Sequence record: PQ015378.1
DNA length: 64,000 nucleotides
Strand: one strand, 5' to 3'
Shown here in pieces: positions 1 to 9,284 of the stretch (its first letter is position 1; each line of letters opens with the position of its first letter). Below the pieces are notes generated by a model that was given only the letters and a program-made list of their open reading frames with translations, had not been told where the DNA came from and ran no database searches. The position numbers and the translations under genes were made by a program.

Positions 1-1
1 A

Positions 2-1747
2 TCTCAGCGCGACTTCCGCGTTGTTACCGTCGGCTACAACCTGGAAGCTTCCCGCCAGGACGAGTTCGCCGAGCGTCTGTACCCAACTACTGTCATCAAC
101 CCAGTTGAAGGTGGTGTTGTTCAGGTACTGCCATACATCGCCGTCATGAAAGACGTCTACCACGCTGTCAGCGGTCAGAAACTGGCCAACGAAGAAGTGA
201 ACATGGTAGAAGCCTACCGTGACCCGTCGATCCTGGACGACAACTGCACCGACCTGATCCCTGCAGTCGATCCAGATGGCACCAACCTGAAGTTCTTCGT
301 CGACCCGGCTGTCGTGCCTCACCACCAGGTGACCAACGAGCAAAACATGACCGTCACCACCGGTCCTCTGAAGCCAGGTGTCAAGATCGACCTGATGGGC
401 AACTCGAACGCCAACCTGCTGATCAACAAAGGCATGCTGGACATCTCTGACACCATCGACCCAAGCGGCCGCCTGAAAGCGCTGTACGTCAAGTTCGATG
501 GCAAGATCGTTCGCTTCGTCGTCGACCGTCTGCCTACCGCTGTGTTCCAGCCTGGTCTGATCGGCGACACCCGTATCGCCAAGCTCGACTTCATCTCCGA
601 AGACCTGGTCGTCGGCGCTGACACCAAAGCCATCGACGGCTCGGTATCGGCTCAGATGCAAGAACTGACCAACCGCAAGTGGACTGCTCGTCTGAGCGTC
701 AGCTTCAACGGTCACGTCAGCACCTCGCGTGGTGATGCTCGCTACGGCGTCAACGGTATCGAAATCGACCGTATCGTCGATGAAGATCGCAAGCTGATCT
801 CGATCGAAGAAGGTGACGGTAAAGACATCGTCGACGCAGTCGGTGCTCTGGAAGTCGTTGGTTACGACCTCGACCTGAAGTTCACCAACACCAACCGTCG
901 TCAGCGCGGCCACCTGCTGCAAACTCGTGCGATCCAGTTCCGTCACCCGATCCCGATGCACGCTCCGGTCACCCTGCCAATGTCCACCATGGACGGCGAA
1001 ACTGGCCCAGGCGACGTCGTGAAGGCCCTGACCGTCAACACCAACATCCGCAACTCGAACAACGCTGTCAAGCGTCTGCTGAACTACCTGGCTCAGCTGA
1101 AAGAAGTTGTTGGTAACGGTTACGACCGTCCGAAGTTCGGCGCTGTCGAAGGTGCTCTGAGCATCATGATGCGTCCGACCTACCGTGAAGGTACCCTGCA
1201 CCTGCCTGACCACATCGACACCCTGAAGTCTCAGGATCGCTGGCAGGACGTCTGCAGCACCATCCTCAACTTCGCCAAAGGTATCCTGTTCCCAGCATAC
1301 CGTGAGTCGAACATCGAGGCAGCCTTCCGTGTGATCTCGGGCAACCAAGACGAGAAGCCAATGTTCATCTTCGCTACCGACAAAGAAATCGGTAACTACC
1401 TGATGACTCAAGGCGACGACCGCACCCTGGGCGCAATCCTGGAGTACGACCTGGTCACTACCAACAACGAACTGTTCGACGGCAAGCTGGTCATCGTACC
1501 AACTCGCAAGAACCCAACCGAAAACGACATCCTGTCCTTCGGTCAGTTCTTCTACGTGTCGACTGTCATCGCCGACCTGCCGATCACCCGTGGTGGTCAG
1601 CAAGTGACCCGTGAAATCGCGGCCGTTCCGTTCAACCTGCACGTGAACAACATTCCGTTCGCTATCAACCTGACCATCACTGGTCTGGAAGAAGTGATGG
1701 GTCAATCGCAGTGGAACAAGAAACTGTTCGAAGCGATCAAGGCCTGA
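2..1747 (+). CDS. Major capsid protein, C-terminal part (phiKZ gp120-like); 5' end lies outside the window
   Basis: Frame is open from position 2 (SQRDFRVVTVGYNLEASRQDEFAERLYPT...), so ATG146 is internal; very strong high-expression codon bias; sequence and synteny match phiKZ MCP from recall. Confidence 0.9.
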   Translation, partial: SQRDFRVVTVGYNLEASRQDEFAERLYPTTVINPVEGGVVQVLPYIAVMKDVYHAVSGQKLANEEVNMVEAYRDPSILDDNCTDLIPAVDPDGTNLKFFVDPAVVPHHQVTNEQNMTVTTGPLKPGVKIDLMGNSNANLLINKGMLDISDTIDPSGRLKALYVKFDGKIVRFVVDRLPTAVFQPGLIGDTRIAKLDFISEDLVVGADTKAIDGSVSAQMQELTNRKWTARLSVSFNGHVSTSRGDARYGVNGIEIDRIVDEDRKLISIEEGDGKDIVDAVGALEVVGYDLDLKFTNTNRRQRGHLLQTRAIQFRHPIPMHAPVTLPMSTMDGETGPGDVVKALTVNTNIRNSNNAVKRLLNYLAQLKEVVGNGYDRPKFGAVEGALSIMMRPTYREGTLHLPDHIDTLKSQDRWQDVCSTILNFAKGILFPAYRESNIEAAFRVISGNQDEKPMFIFATDKEIGNYLMTQGDDRTLGAILEYDLVTTNNELFDGKLVIVPTRKNPTENDILSFGQFFYVSTVIADLPITRGGQQVTREIAAVPFNLHVNNIPFAINLTITGLEEVMGQSQWNKKLFEAIKA

Positions 1748-1840
1748 AAGGGTCCGGGCAACGGCCGTCGTCAAGAAGACGGAACCTACCGGAAACTTGA
1801 GGACGGTACCACCCAGCGGTACCTAGAAGGTTAACATGAC

Positions 1841-1860
1841 GCGGGAGCTTCGGCTCCCGC
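1841..1860 (+). terminator. GC hairpin with TTCG loop downstream of the capsid gene
   Basis: GCGGGAGC-TTCG-GCTCCCGC followed by TTTATG. Confidence 0.8.
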
Positions 1861-1886
1861 TTTATGTCGTCTTGGACTCCATGAAA

Positions 1887-1906
1887 TCTCAGATCTATAT
1901 TACAGT
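1887..1906 (+). promoter_or_regulatory. Putative early (virion RNAP) promoter
   Basis: TCTCAGATCTATATTACAGT, identical at 58238; contains the TATTAC core known for phiKZ early promoters. Confidence 0.75.
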
Positions 1907-1942
1907 AAGGATAGATACACCCCTTTTAGATTTGAGGTCCAC

Positions 1943-2536
1943 ATGTGCTACTTCACCGATTTTAAATCGAAGCTCCATGACAAACATAAAGGAGACTTCT
2001 CGTCTCTCATGGGTTCTGGTTTCGATTATGACGTTTTGAAAGGTCGACGTGTCCGGGGCTTCCGTGAACTCGACTCCCGCAAACAAAAGGAGACTGGTTA
2101 TGTAAAGGTCTATGTTGAGCCCGTTGTAGTGGTAGAAGATCCGCCACCCGTGGAGGAAGTTGATGAAGTCAAGTTTGAAGTCATCGACCTAGATGCAGAG
2201 ATGGAACGTCGTAGAAAAAGTACAGAGGCTAACAATCCTGTACAACCTGACGCCACCACTGAATCGAAACCGTTCTCTATGACCACTCGTAGCGCGAGTA
2301 AATCGCCTAGGGGGTTGGTTAGTCCGTCGCAAGCGGATAAAGGGATTAAGGTCGTTGAACAAATCACCGGCGGTAACCGTCACCAGCGTCGAGCCGCCAA
2401 AGCCATCGTGCGAAAAAAGGCAAACAAGGTCGACAAAGGTAAATGGAAAACCGTTCGTGGAAACAGTGGTGGTTCACCGGAAACGCCGAAAGTGGTGAAG
2501 CTGAGTGACCTAGATATGGGTATCAGGTGGGAATAG
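1943..2536 (+). CDS. Hypothetical protein, Lys/Arg-rich C-terminal half
   Basis: 197 aa ORF with GAGG RBS, directly downstream of the promoter motif. Confidence 0.75.
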   Translation: MCYFTDFKSKLHDKHKGDFSSLMGSGFDYDVLKGRRVRGFRELDSRKQKETGYVKVYVEPVVVVEDPPPVEEVDEVKFEVIDLDAEMERRRKSTEANNPVQPDATTESKPFSMTTRSASKSPRGLVSPSQADKGIKVVEQITGGNRHQRRAAKAIVRKKANKVDKGKWKTVRGNSGGSPETPKVVKLSDLDMGIRWE

Positions 2537-2540
2537 TTTT

Positions 2541-3650
2541 ATGTCGCAAAGCGGTATCGATCCATTCAACCGGATAGATGGTTATACCTCCGCTCCTAGA
2601 ACCACACCTAGGATGGAACGTGGGAGCGTCCTAAAACCGTACGTGCAGGAAACTGTTGTTGTTGAAAACCTGACCACAACGGCTATTGCCACGTACAGTG
2701 GAATGGGTATTAGAACAATCCTTCCGAGCTTTAACCAACGGCCAGAGAACGTAGTTCGGATTGAACTGAAGTTGGTAGTGCCAAAAAGCACAACAATCGA
2801 TTTCCTTGCATTGGATACATTGATGCATCGGTTATCTAAAGATCAGCGGGATCAGATCCTTGACTTCTATGGAGCCTTGGATAAAGACGATTACTTCATA
2901 CAGAACTCTGTGACGTTACATCTTCATTGGGATATCCCAATGGAACTGTTGCGTCGATCACCATACGGTGTTCTTGTCGAAGGTATCAACCAAGTCGTTC
3001 AGATCTACGATCGGGATGCAGATCCAACAGATCTGTATCCAGCGACATACCAACCACCACCCCTGGCAATCGAACCCACTGAGGGTTTGCTTGGAACCTT
3101 TAATAAGCACGATCGTGCGGTTAAAGGAATCTGGGTCAACATCAAAGGTACCACGCCAATCAAAATCTGCAACAACTTGAATGACGTCACAAAGCCCGAA
3201 GGGTTCTCCGTGCTCATGAACGAAGAGTGGCAACATTTAAGCATAGATGAGTTAGCTTTCCATGGTTTCTACCTGACACCAATGCAGGCGACAGCAGCTC
3301 ACACCAATACAACCGCGGAACAAACCACCGCACACAAACAGTTCATTGCCGATCAGGACAAACAATTCGATCGGGATGAGAAGAGGGCCGATAAAGAATA
3401 CGACCGTAACGAAAAGAAAGCCAACCAAGAGTACGAACGTTCCTTCAAAGAAGACGATCGTGCGGAGAAGAGATCTGACAAGGCTTATGACCGAGAGCAG
3501 ACTCTAATCGATAAGACCCCAGTGCGCAGGAACGCTGAGTGGCAGTCTAAGGCCGCTCCGGTCATTCTGGCATTCTCGGTGGTGAGCGTAGTGATCAAGG
3601 GTGTTATCGAGATCAAGAAGTTCATCGACACACTGGTGGAAGAAAAGTAA
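2541..3650 (+). CDS. Conserved jumbo-phage hypothetical protein (gp122-like) with charged repeats and a C-terminal TM segment
   Basis: 369 aa; hydrophobic APVILAFSVVSVVI near the C-terminus; TAATG coupling to the next gene. Confidence 0.75.
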   Translation: MSQSGIDPFNRIDGYTSAPRTTPRMERGSVLKPYVQETVVVENLTTTAIATYSGMGIRTILPSFNQRPENVVRIELKLVVPKSTTIDFLALDTLMHRLSKDQRDQILDFYGALDKDDYFIQNSVTLHLHWDIPMELLRRSPYGVLVEGINQVVQIYDRDADPTDLYPATYQPPPLAIEPTEGLLGTFNKHDRAVKGIWVNIKGTTPIKICNNLNDVTKPEGFSVLMNEEWQHLSIDELAFHGFYLTPMQATAAHTNTTAEQTTAHKQFIADQDKQFDRDEKRADKEYDRNEKKANQEYERSFKEDDRAEKRSDKAYDREQTLIDKTPVRRNAEWQSKAAPVILAFSVVSVVIKGVIEIKKFIDTLVEEK

Positions 3651-5278
3651 TGGACCCGAAAATCATCGCAGGCATTCAGCGCAGAATGCCACGCATGAAC
3701 CCGATCCTGGCAAACGGTATCGCTGTAGATCAGATGATGACCGTAGACCCAGTGACTGGGATGAACCAAACCCGACAAGAGATCGATCGGATCATGGCGA
3801 TCAACGCATCGTCCTGGCCTGAAGATTTCAAGTACGTGGGCAACACGCTACAAACAGCGTGGAAACATTTCGATGAGATCACTCGTGAGTACGGCTCGAA
3901 GCGGATTGCAAACATCGCACCGACGTCTACCTATATGGTCCATCTCAACTTCACCTACAAAGGCGAACCGCTGTTCCCTCGTCCGTTGCTGTTGCCATTC
4001 GTTGGCGATGGTGGAGTGATCACACTCAACGGTGCAAAGTACACAGTGTCGCCAGTTTCGAAAGACGTTGGCTTCTCGGTACTCAACGGCAGTATCTTCA
4101 TCCCGTTCAAGCGAACCAAACTCACCTTCAAACAGAAGTCGCAACATTACTTCTGTAACGGCGAGCGGAAGATCATGTACGTGATCTGGTCGCAGATTCA
4201 CAACGAGATGGGCAAGCGCACCAAGAAGGATTACGATAAGCGTGATCGCATTGAGTCTTCGCTGGCTCAATACTTCTTCGCCCAATTCGGGGTAACCCAG
4301 ACCTTCAAGCAATGGGCAGGCGCAGACGTGCAGCTAGGCTATCGGAAGGACTTCCCTGAAGACAAGTATCCGCGCGATCAGTGGAACGTCTATCAATCGG
4401 CATACCTGACGGGTAATCACCCAACAGGTGACCATGTGTTGGTAGTTCCAGCGAATCAGGAAACTGATCTGGTCAAACGTCTGGTTGCAGGGTACTGGTA
4501 CGTCGTGGATACTTTCCCGAATCGTTTCGTGGAACCCCACTACGCCGACAGCATCGATCTCTGGCGGATCATCTTGGGCCACATGGTATTCGGTGACTTC
4601 GAGCACCAGGGTAAGGTTGCTGAAAACATCAAGTCCCACATGTTCTCGTTGGAAACCACTCTCGATGAAATGACTATGGAGGAACTCCATTCGGTCGGCA
4701 TCAAGGCCAACAACATCTGGGAGCTCTTCCATTCGATCATGACAGACATGGCTCACCACCTGTACGACTCGGATATCGATGAGACGTCGATGTATAACAA
4801 ACGACTCACGGTACTCCCGTATGTGATGGAAGACTTCAACTACGCGGTATCGATGTTCTCGTATATGTTCCAAGGTCGCCGGGATAAAACCGAGTGGTCT
4901 CTCCAGGAACTGAACGATGGACTGAAGCGTTCGTTCAAGTTGAACACAGCGATCCGTAAGCTCACGTCTGAGCACGGTGAGCTGGATACCCTGTCGATGC
5001 CAGGGTCGAACAAAGTCATTCGTTGTACGTCCATTCTGGTACCTCAGGATCGGGCTAAGTCAGCGCTGGCGCACAACAAGTCGCTGCTCGCGGATAACAC
5101 CCGGCTGATTAACGCATCCATTGCGGAAGTCTGTCAATATCGCAACCAGCCAAAGAACAACCCTGATGGTCGGGGTCGTTTGAATCTCTTTACCAAGTTC
5201 CGACCAGATGGATTGATCGAACGTCGTGAAGAGGTTCGAGAATTGATCGATGCTACACAGGCTCGGTTCAGTCGATAA
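3650..5278 (+). CDS. Non-virion RNA polymerase beta subunit, N-terminal fragment (phiKZ gp123-like)
   Basis: 542 aa; size, position after MCP and motifs (LFPRPLLLPF, SMYNKRL, GRGRLN) match gp123 from recall. Confidence 0.85.
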   Translation: MDPKIIAGIQRRMPRMNPILANGIAVDQMMTVDPVTGMNQTRQEIDRIMAINASSWPEDFKYVGNTLQTAWKHFDEITREYGSKRIANIAPTSTYMVHLNFTYKGEPLFPRPLLLPFVGDGGVITLNGAKYTVSPVSKDVGFSVLNGSIFIPFKRTKLTFKQKSQHYFCNGERKIMYVIWSQIHNEMGKRTKKDYDKRDRIESSLAQYFFAQFGVTQTFKQWAGADVQLGYRKDFPEDKYPRDQWNVYQSAYLTGNHPTGDHVLVVPANQETDLVKRLVAGYWYVVDTFPNRFVEPHYADSIDLWRIILGHMVFGDFEHQGKVAENIKSHMFSLETTLDEMTMEELHSVGIKANNIWELFHSIMTDMAHHLYDSDIDETSMYNKRLTVLPYVMEDFNYAVSMFSYMFQGRRDKTEWSLQELNDGLKRSFKLNTAIRKLTSEHGELDTLSMPGSNKVIRCTSILVPQDRAKSALAHNKSLLADNTRLINASIAEVCQYRNQPKNNPDGRGRLNLFTKFRPDGLIERREEVRELIDATQARFSR

Positions 5279-5280
5279 AT

Positions 5281-5300
5281 TCTCAGATCTACATTACTGA
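5281..5300 (+). promoter_or_regulatory. Putative early promoter (variant)
   Basis: TCTCAGATCTACATTACTGA, a variant of the motif at 1887 and 58238. Confidence 0.65.
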
Positions 5301-5353
5301 GGTGAATCCAGAACCGAGGTTTACCTCATGCAATCTACACAACAGGAAATGTC

Positions 5354-7540
5354 ATGCAATACGCTCAGCCGCAGATGATGCAACAACCTCAGCAAATGCT
5401 GGCCGGTATCGTTTACAACGTTATCGATCAGTCTTCCTTCAACCCGAACCTGCCACAGGGCAATGATCTCCAGATCCAAGTGCAACCATCTCAATGGCTG
5501 CAGAACCCCCAGTCGCAGCAGATGCTGGGCTTGGCGGTGGGGATGTTCCGTCAGCGTATGCAGGAGCGCGCAAACCGTTCCTTCCTGCACACCTGGGCAT
5601 ACAACCGTCTGTCGCAGAACCGCTTCCAGAACCAACACTGGCAGACCTGGGTTAACCACCTGTACAACTTCCTGGAGTTCATCTCCGTTGTGCAAGGTCA
5701 GTCCAACCCGCCGAACGCCGCTCCAGGTAAAGCAGCAGACACCATGTACAAGTGCTATGTCGCGCAGTGCGTGGCGGAACACCCACAGCTGATGAACTTC
5801 CTGGTCGTGCAAGGACCTCAGGGTCCAGTACCGGATCAGAACTCCATTGGTGAAATCCAGAAGTACTCGCAGCTGCTCGGTGCAATCATGCAGGACACCA
5901 ATGCTTACCGCAACGGTTCCATGATGGCTCCACAGCAAGTCCAACAGTACCAGCAGCCATACCCACAGTACATGCAAGCCGGTCAGGTGAACGTGTCGAT
6001 GGGTGGTAGCAGTCCTGGTCAACTCCCACCGGTGAACATGATGCAGTACAACCAGCAACCACAGTACCAAGCACAGCGTCCAGCAATGGGTCTGTCGTCG
6101 ATGACCGTCGGTCAGCACATCCAGACCAACCAGCCTCTGCCGGTTCAGTCTGTGTCGAACTCCGGTGGCGGTAGCACTGGTATGGATTACGGTGTTCCAG
6201 CAGCACCTGAGCCAATGCCGGTTGCAAGCCCGAACCCACCAGCAGTAATGCAACCAACAGAATCCTACGGCGTGACCCTGGCACCGATCTCTCCGGTACC
6301 GGTAAACCCGCAGACCCAGATGGTCGCAACCATGCCGGTGGAAGAACTGGATCGTCCGATCCCAATGTCCGCTGCCGAAGTCATCCTGGATCCACACTAC
6401 TACGTCCCAGACGGCGTGGAAGTAGATCTGGAACGTCCATTCGATACCATCTATTCTCCAGGTGGTGTCATCACCCGTCCGGCCTACCAAGTAGACTGGA
6501 CCGTAACTCGCAACGACACCCACGTCTACACCCAGATGGTCGATCCGACGCGGTTCATCCGCTTCTACACCCAATGGCCAGACGGCGTGGTGCAAGAGCG
6601 AATCGAAGAGATCACCGAAATGATGGATTACATGCGTCACGAGATCAACCCCGATCTCAAGGCAGCAGCTCATCGTCCGAACGGCGAGGTCGTGCTGACT
6701 CAGCTCCAGGTCCACAAGACCATCACCGACATGCTGCCACTGGCGGAAGTCAAAGAGCTGCAACTGGCCGACGAAGCACAACCAGTTCGTCTGGTCGTGG
6801 ACTTCCAGGGTACTACCGACATGGAGAACGAAGTGGAAGCACGTCGTGTCCTGCGGAAAGAACTGGGTCTGGACACCGATGTCAAACTGCCATCCCACGA
6901 ATACGGCTCTACCCGTACTCACCTCATCGAGATCGACGAAGCCACCTTCGAAGAACTCCTGGGTCACCTGGACACCAACGATCTGCAACAGATCGCTAAG
7001 GACCTGGCCCTGATGCAGCGTGAAGGCAAGCTGGGTAACCGGGTGTTCAAGTTCATCGACGCGCGCCTGACCAACGAAGTCAACTCGTACCTGAAAGACG
7101 TGCTGTCGCAAGACGTCTCCATCGACCACTTCACCGCTGACATCAATGACCTGTTCGACTACGTCGCTCAGAACCTCGGCGAGAAGTACGTGAAGCTGTT
7201 GAAGGAAGGTGCACAGACCATCCTGGCTCGCTCGCTGCAGCTGGCGAAGACCGAAGATGAAGGCGACGTTATCTACTCGATCAACGACAACTTCATCAAC
7301 CTGCAAACCGGTTGGATGATGGCAGAGCTCACCGATGCCAAAGTCGACGATGAAGCACAGCTGGTTTCGAAGTACACCCACGCTGCCCTGATCGAAGCAA
7401 TCAAGACCATGCTGGGTCGTGCAACTCCAGCAGAACGCATCCTGCGTCGTTTCCGCGTAGTCACCCTCGACGGTGCTTACCTGGAGATCTTCCGTGGGAA
7501 GCTGGTCGAGAACGCCTTCATGTTCAAGCGCACCGCGTAA
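5354..7540 (+). CDS. Conserved hypothetical protein (gp124-like) with Gln/Pro/Met-rich low-complexity N-terminal half
   Basis: 728 aa, strong codon bias, AGGA RBS, followed by a hairpin. Confidence 0.8.
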   Translation: MQYAQPQMMQQPQQMLAGIVYNVIDQSSFNPNLPQGNDLQIQVQPSQWLQNPQSQQMLGLAVGMFRQRMQERANRSFLHTWAYNRLSQNRFQNQHWQTWVNHLYNFLEFISVVQGQSNPPNAAPGKAADTMYKCYVAQCVAEHPQLMNFLVVQGPQGPVPDQNSIGEIQKYSQLLGAIMQDTNAYRNGSMMAPQQVQQYQQPYPQYMQAGQVNVSMGGSSPGQLPPVNMMQYNQQPQYQAQRPAMGLSSMTVGQHIQTNQPLPVQSVSNSGGGSTGMDYGVPAAPEPMPVASPNPPAVMQPTESYGVTLAPISPVPVNPQTQMVATMPVEELDRPIPMSAAEVILDPHYYVPDGVEVDLERPFDTIYSPGGVITRPAYQVDWTVTRNDTHVYTQMVDPTRFIRFYTQWPDGVVQERIEEITEMMDYMRHEINPDLKAAAHRPNGEVVLTQLQVHKTITDMLPLAEVKELQLADEAQPVRLVVDFQGTTDMENEVEARRVLRKELGLDTDVKLPSHEYGSTRTHLIEIDEATFEELLGHLDTNDLQQIAKDLALMQREGKLGNRVFKFIDARLTNEVNSYLKDVLSQDVSIDHFTADINDLFDYVAQNLGEKYVKLLKEGAQTILARSLQLAKTEDEGDVIYSINDNFINLQTGWMMAELTDAKVDDEAQLVSKYTHAALIEAIKTMLGRATPAERILRRFRVVTLDGAYLEIFRGKLVENAFMFKRTA

Positions 7541-7546
7541 CAATAC

Positions 7547-7566
7547 AGCCTCCCTTCGGGGAGGCT
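7547..7566 (+). terminator. GC hairpin with TTCG loop
   Basis: AGCCTCCC-TTCG-GGGAGGCT flanked by AATA and TATT. Confidence 0.75.
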
Positions 7567-7590
7567 TTATTCCGCCTTAAGGAGATACCA

Positions 7591-7926
7591 ATGATTCACG
7601 AATGTTCCCGTGTTGCCAGCCGTGACAAGTTCCCTCTGGAAACCTGGCGCGCCTTCTTCGCCAAGAACCCTACCCCGTTCGTCTACATGGACGCTGAAGA
7701 TGACTCCGAGTTGTTCTCTGACAAGAACATCGTGGGTTTCATCAAGAACGTCAAGTTCAATGACCATGGCTTCACCTACGAATTCATCGTGATCAACGAT
7801 GAGGCCATGGGTCCAAGCCCGCTGCATGATCCGTTCCGTACGATCGAACCAGTGTATGGTTCCATCACCCGCAAACATCAACGCGCCGTCAACATCATCT
7901 TCGGGTTCGAAGTTGTCAAGGGGTGA
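7591..7926 (+). CDS. Hypothetical protein
   Basis: 111 aa, AAGGAG RBS. Confidence 0.75.
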   Translation: MIHECSRVASRDKFPLETWRAFFAKNPTPFVYMDAEDDSELFSDKNIVGFIKNVKFNDHGFTYEFIVINDEAMGPSPLHDPFRTIEPVYGSITRKHQRAVNIIFGFEVVKG

Positions 7927-7929
7927 AAC

Positions 7930-8415
7930 GTGAAGTCACATCGTCCTGATCCAGATAAACCGTTCTACCAGATCACCCTGGCATTCGCGGATTACCCCAT
8001 TGGGTTCCGCGATCTGCTGGTAAAAGAAGCCGACTGGTCGAAGTGGGTATGCAGTGGTCCGTCAATGTGTAACTACACCGACTACGCTGCAATCGACGGC
8101 AACGATATCATCGGCCTGATCTCTGATCTGGAAATCAGTGAAGAGTCCTTTACCTTCATGTATCAAGACCTGCGTGGTTTCGGCATCGAGACTGTAAAGT
8201 TCTGGCCACGTGGTTACCACTACATGAAAGAGGACAAGGATCACATCTCGCAGTTCTTCTGCTTTGATGCTGAACCGACCCCAACACCCCAGCCATTTGA
8301 AATGGTTGGTGGTGGTAAATTCGAACCTATCATCGAATGCTTCGGTCCAGAACCGGAGAAGTTCGATGCGCAAGCACACTACGCACAGCTGCTGACTAAC
8401 AGCCGCCGCACCTAG
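7930..8415 (+). CDS. Hypothetical protein
   Basis: 161 aa, GTG start, operonic spacing. Confidence 0.7.
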   Translation: MKSHRPDPDKPFYQITLAFADYPIGFRDLLVKEADWSKWVCSGPSMCNYTDYAAIDGNDIIGLISDLEISEESFTFMYQDLRGFGIETVKFWPRGYHYMKEDKDHISQFFCFDAEPTPTPQPFEMVGGGKFEPIIECFGPEPEKFDAQAHYAQLLTNSRRT

Positions 8416-8429
8416 AAAGGAAACCAGCC

Positions 8430-9284
8430 ATGAAGATCCGTCCAGCAATCACTAAGGTACACCTGCGCAACTCCATTCCATTCAGCGACCAGCGCTTGGA
8501 AGAAATCATCCGTGCGGAAGAACGTTTAGCTCAACCCGTGGATGTCCGTGTACCCGAAGACCAGATTGCCAATCACATCGCCATGGCTGGTCTATCTAAT
8601 ATAAAGCCCTGGGAACGTCCTTGGCTTCGCCTTCAGGAGAATATGATGCAACAGCGTATCGATGAAGAAACGGGTGTTCACGCAGAACTGAATGCCGACG
8701 GAACTTACCACTACCTGTCGATGGATGACCTCCCGATGGTTGGTCGAGGGGACTATCCGTACAAGATCACCTCCACTGGCGACATGTACAAGTTCCGTGC
8801 CGACCAGTACTACTCCTACAACCCGTACGGTGTGGTACCGGAAGACCTGCGTGCCCCAGCGTTCGTGTCGAACAACAAGTGCCCCGAGATCATCATCGAT
8901 GAATCGGCATCCATGCCTTCTGACGGTAAGGGTGCCCTGGCGGTGATCTGGAACATTTATGCCCTGCGTAGTGACCTGTGGGCAAAGGGTGTTCGCAACT
9001 GGTCGTACATCGACATGTTGCCGAAGGAAGAGCGCTGGAGAATCCAACCGCACACTTCCCTGGAAGAACAACGCTCGCTGTATCTTCGTTACTCTCACAA
9101 AGCCCTGGCCAACCAGCTGCGTGAGATCATCCGCATGAAGGACGTGGTTCAGCATCCTGGTGAAGAACTCAAGACCACTCGTCGTGAGTACCTCACTGCA
9201 CTGGAGCGCCTGGGTGTATCGCTCTGGTCGGAGAAGGGTATGATCGGTTTCAAAGATCATGAGTTCGTTGTGGTGTTTGAATGA
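8430..9284 (+). CDS. Hypothetical protein
   Basis: 284 aa, AAGGA RBS, ATGA overlap with the next gene. Confidence 0.75.
   Translation: MKIRPAITKVHLRNSIPFSDQRLEEIIRAEERLAQPVDVRVPEDQIANHIAMAGLSNIKPWERPWLRLQENMMQQRIDEETGVHAELNADGTYHYLSMDDLPMVGRGDYPYKITSTGDMYKFRADQYYSYNPYGVVPEDLRAPAFVSNNKCPEIIIDESASMPSDGKGALAVIWNIYALRSDLWAKGVRNWSYIDMLPKEERWRIQPHTSLEEQRSLYLRYSHKALANQLREIIRMKDVVQHPGEELKTTRREYLTALERLGVSLWSEKGMIGFKDHEFVVVFE

Noticed and set aside
146-148. ATG146 as the capsid start
   Set aside because: The frame is open to the window edge with coding-like sequence; the true start lies upstream.
3642-3652. GAA-AAG-TAATG at the gp122-like/gp123-like junction, where an A-AAG -1 slip would fuse the two genes
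   Set aside because: TAATG is ordinary translational coupling, P-site re-pairing (GAA to AGA) is unfavourable, and the upstream protein ends in a TM anchor.
5321-7543. 740-aa antisense ORF mirroring the gp124-like gene
   Set aside because: It is the codon-aligned reverse complement of a strongly biased gene that avoids TTA/CTA/TCA, has no RBS and gives a non-protein-like translation.
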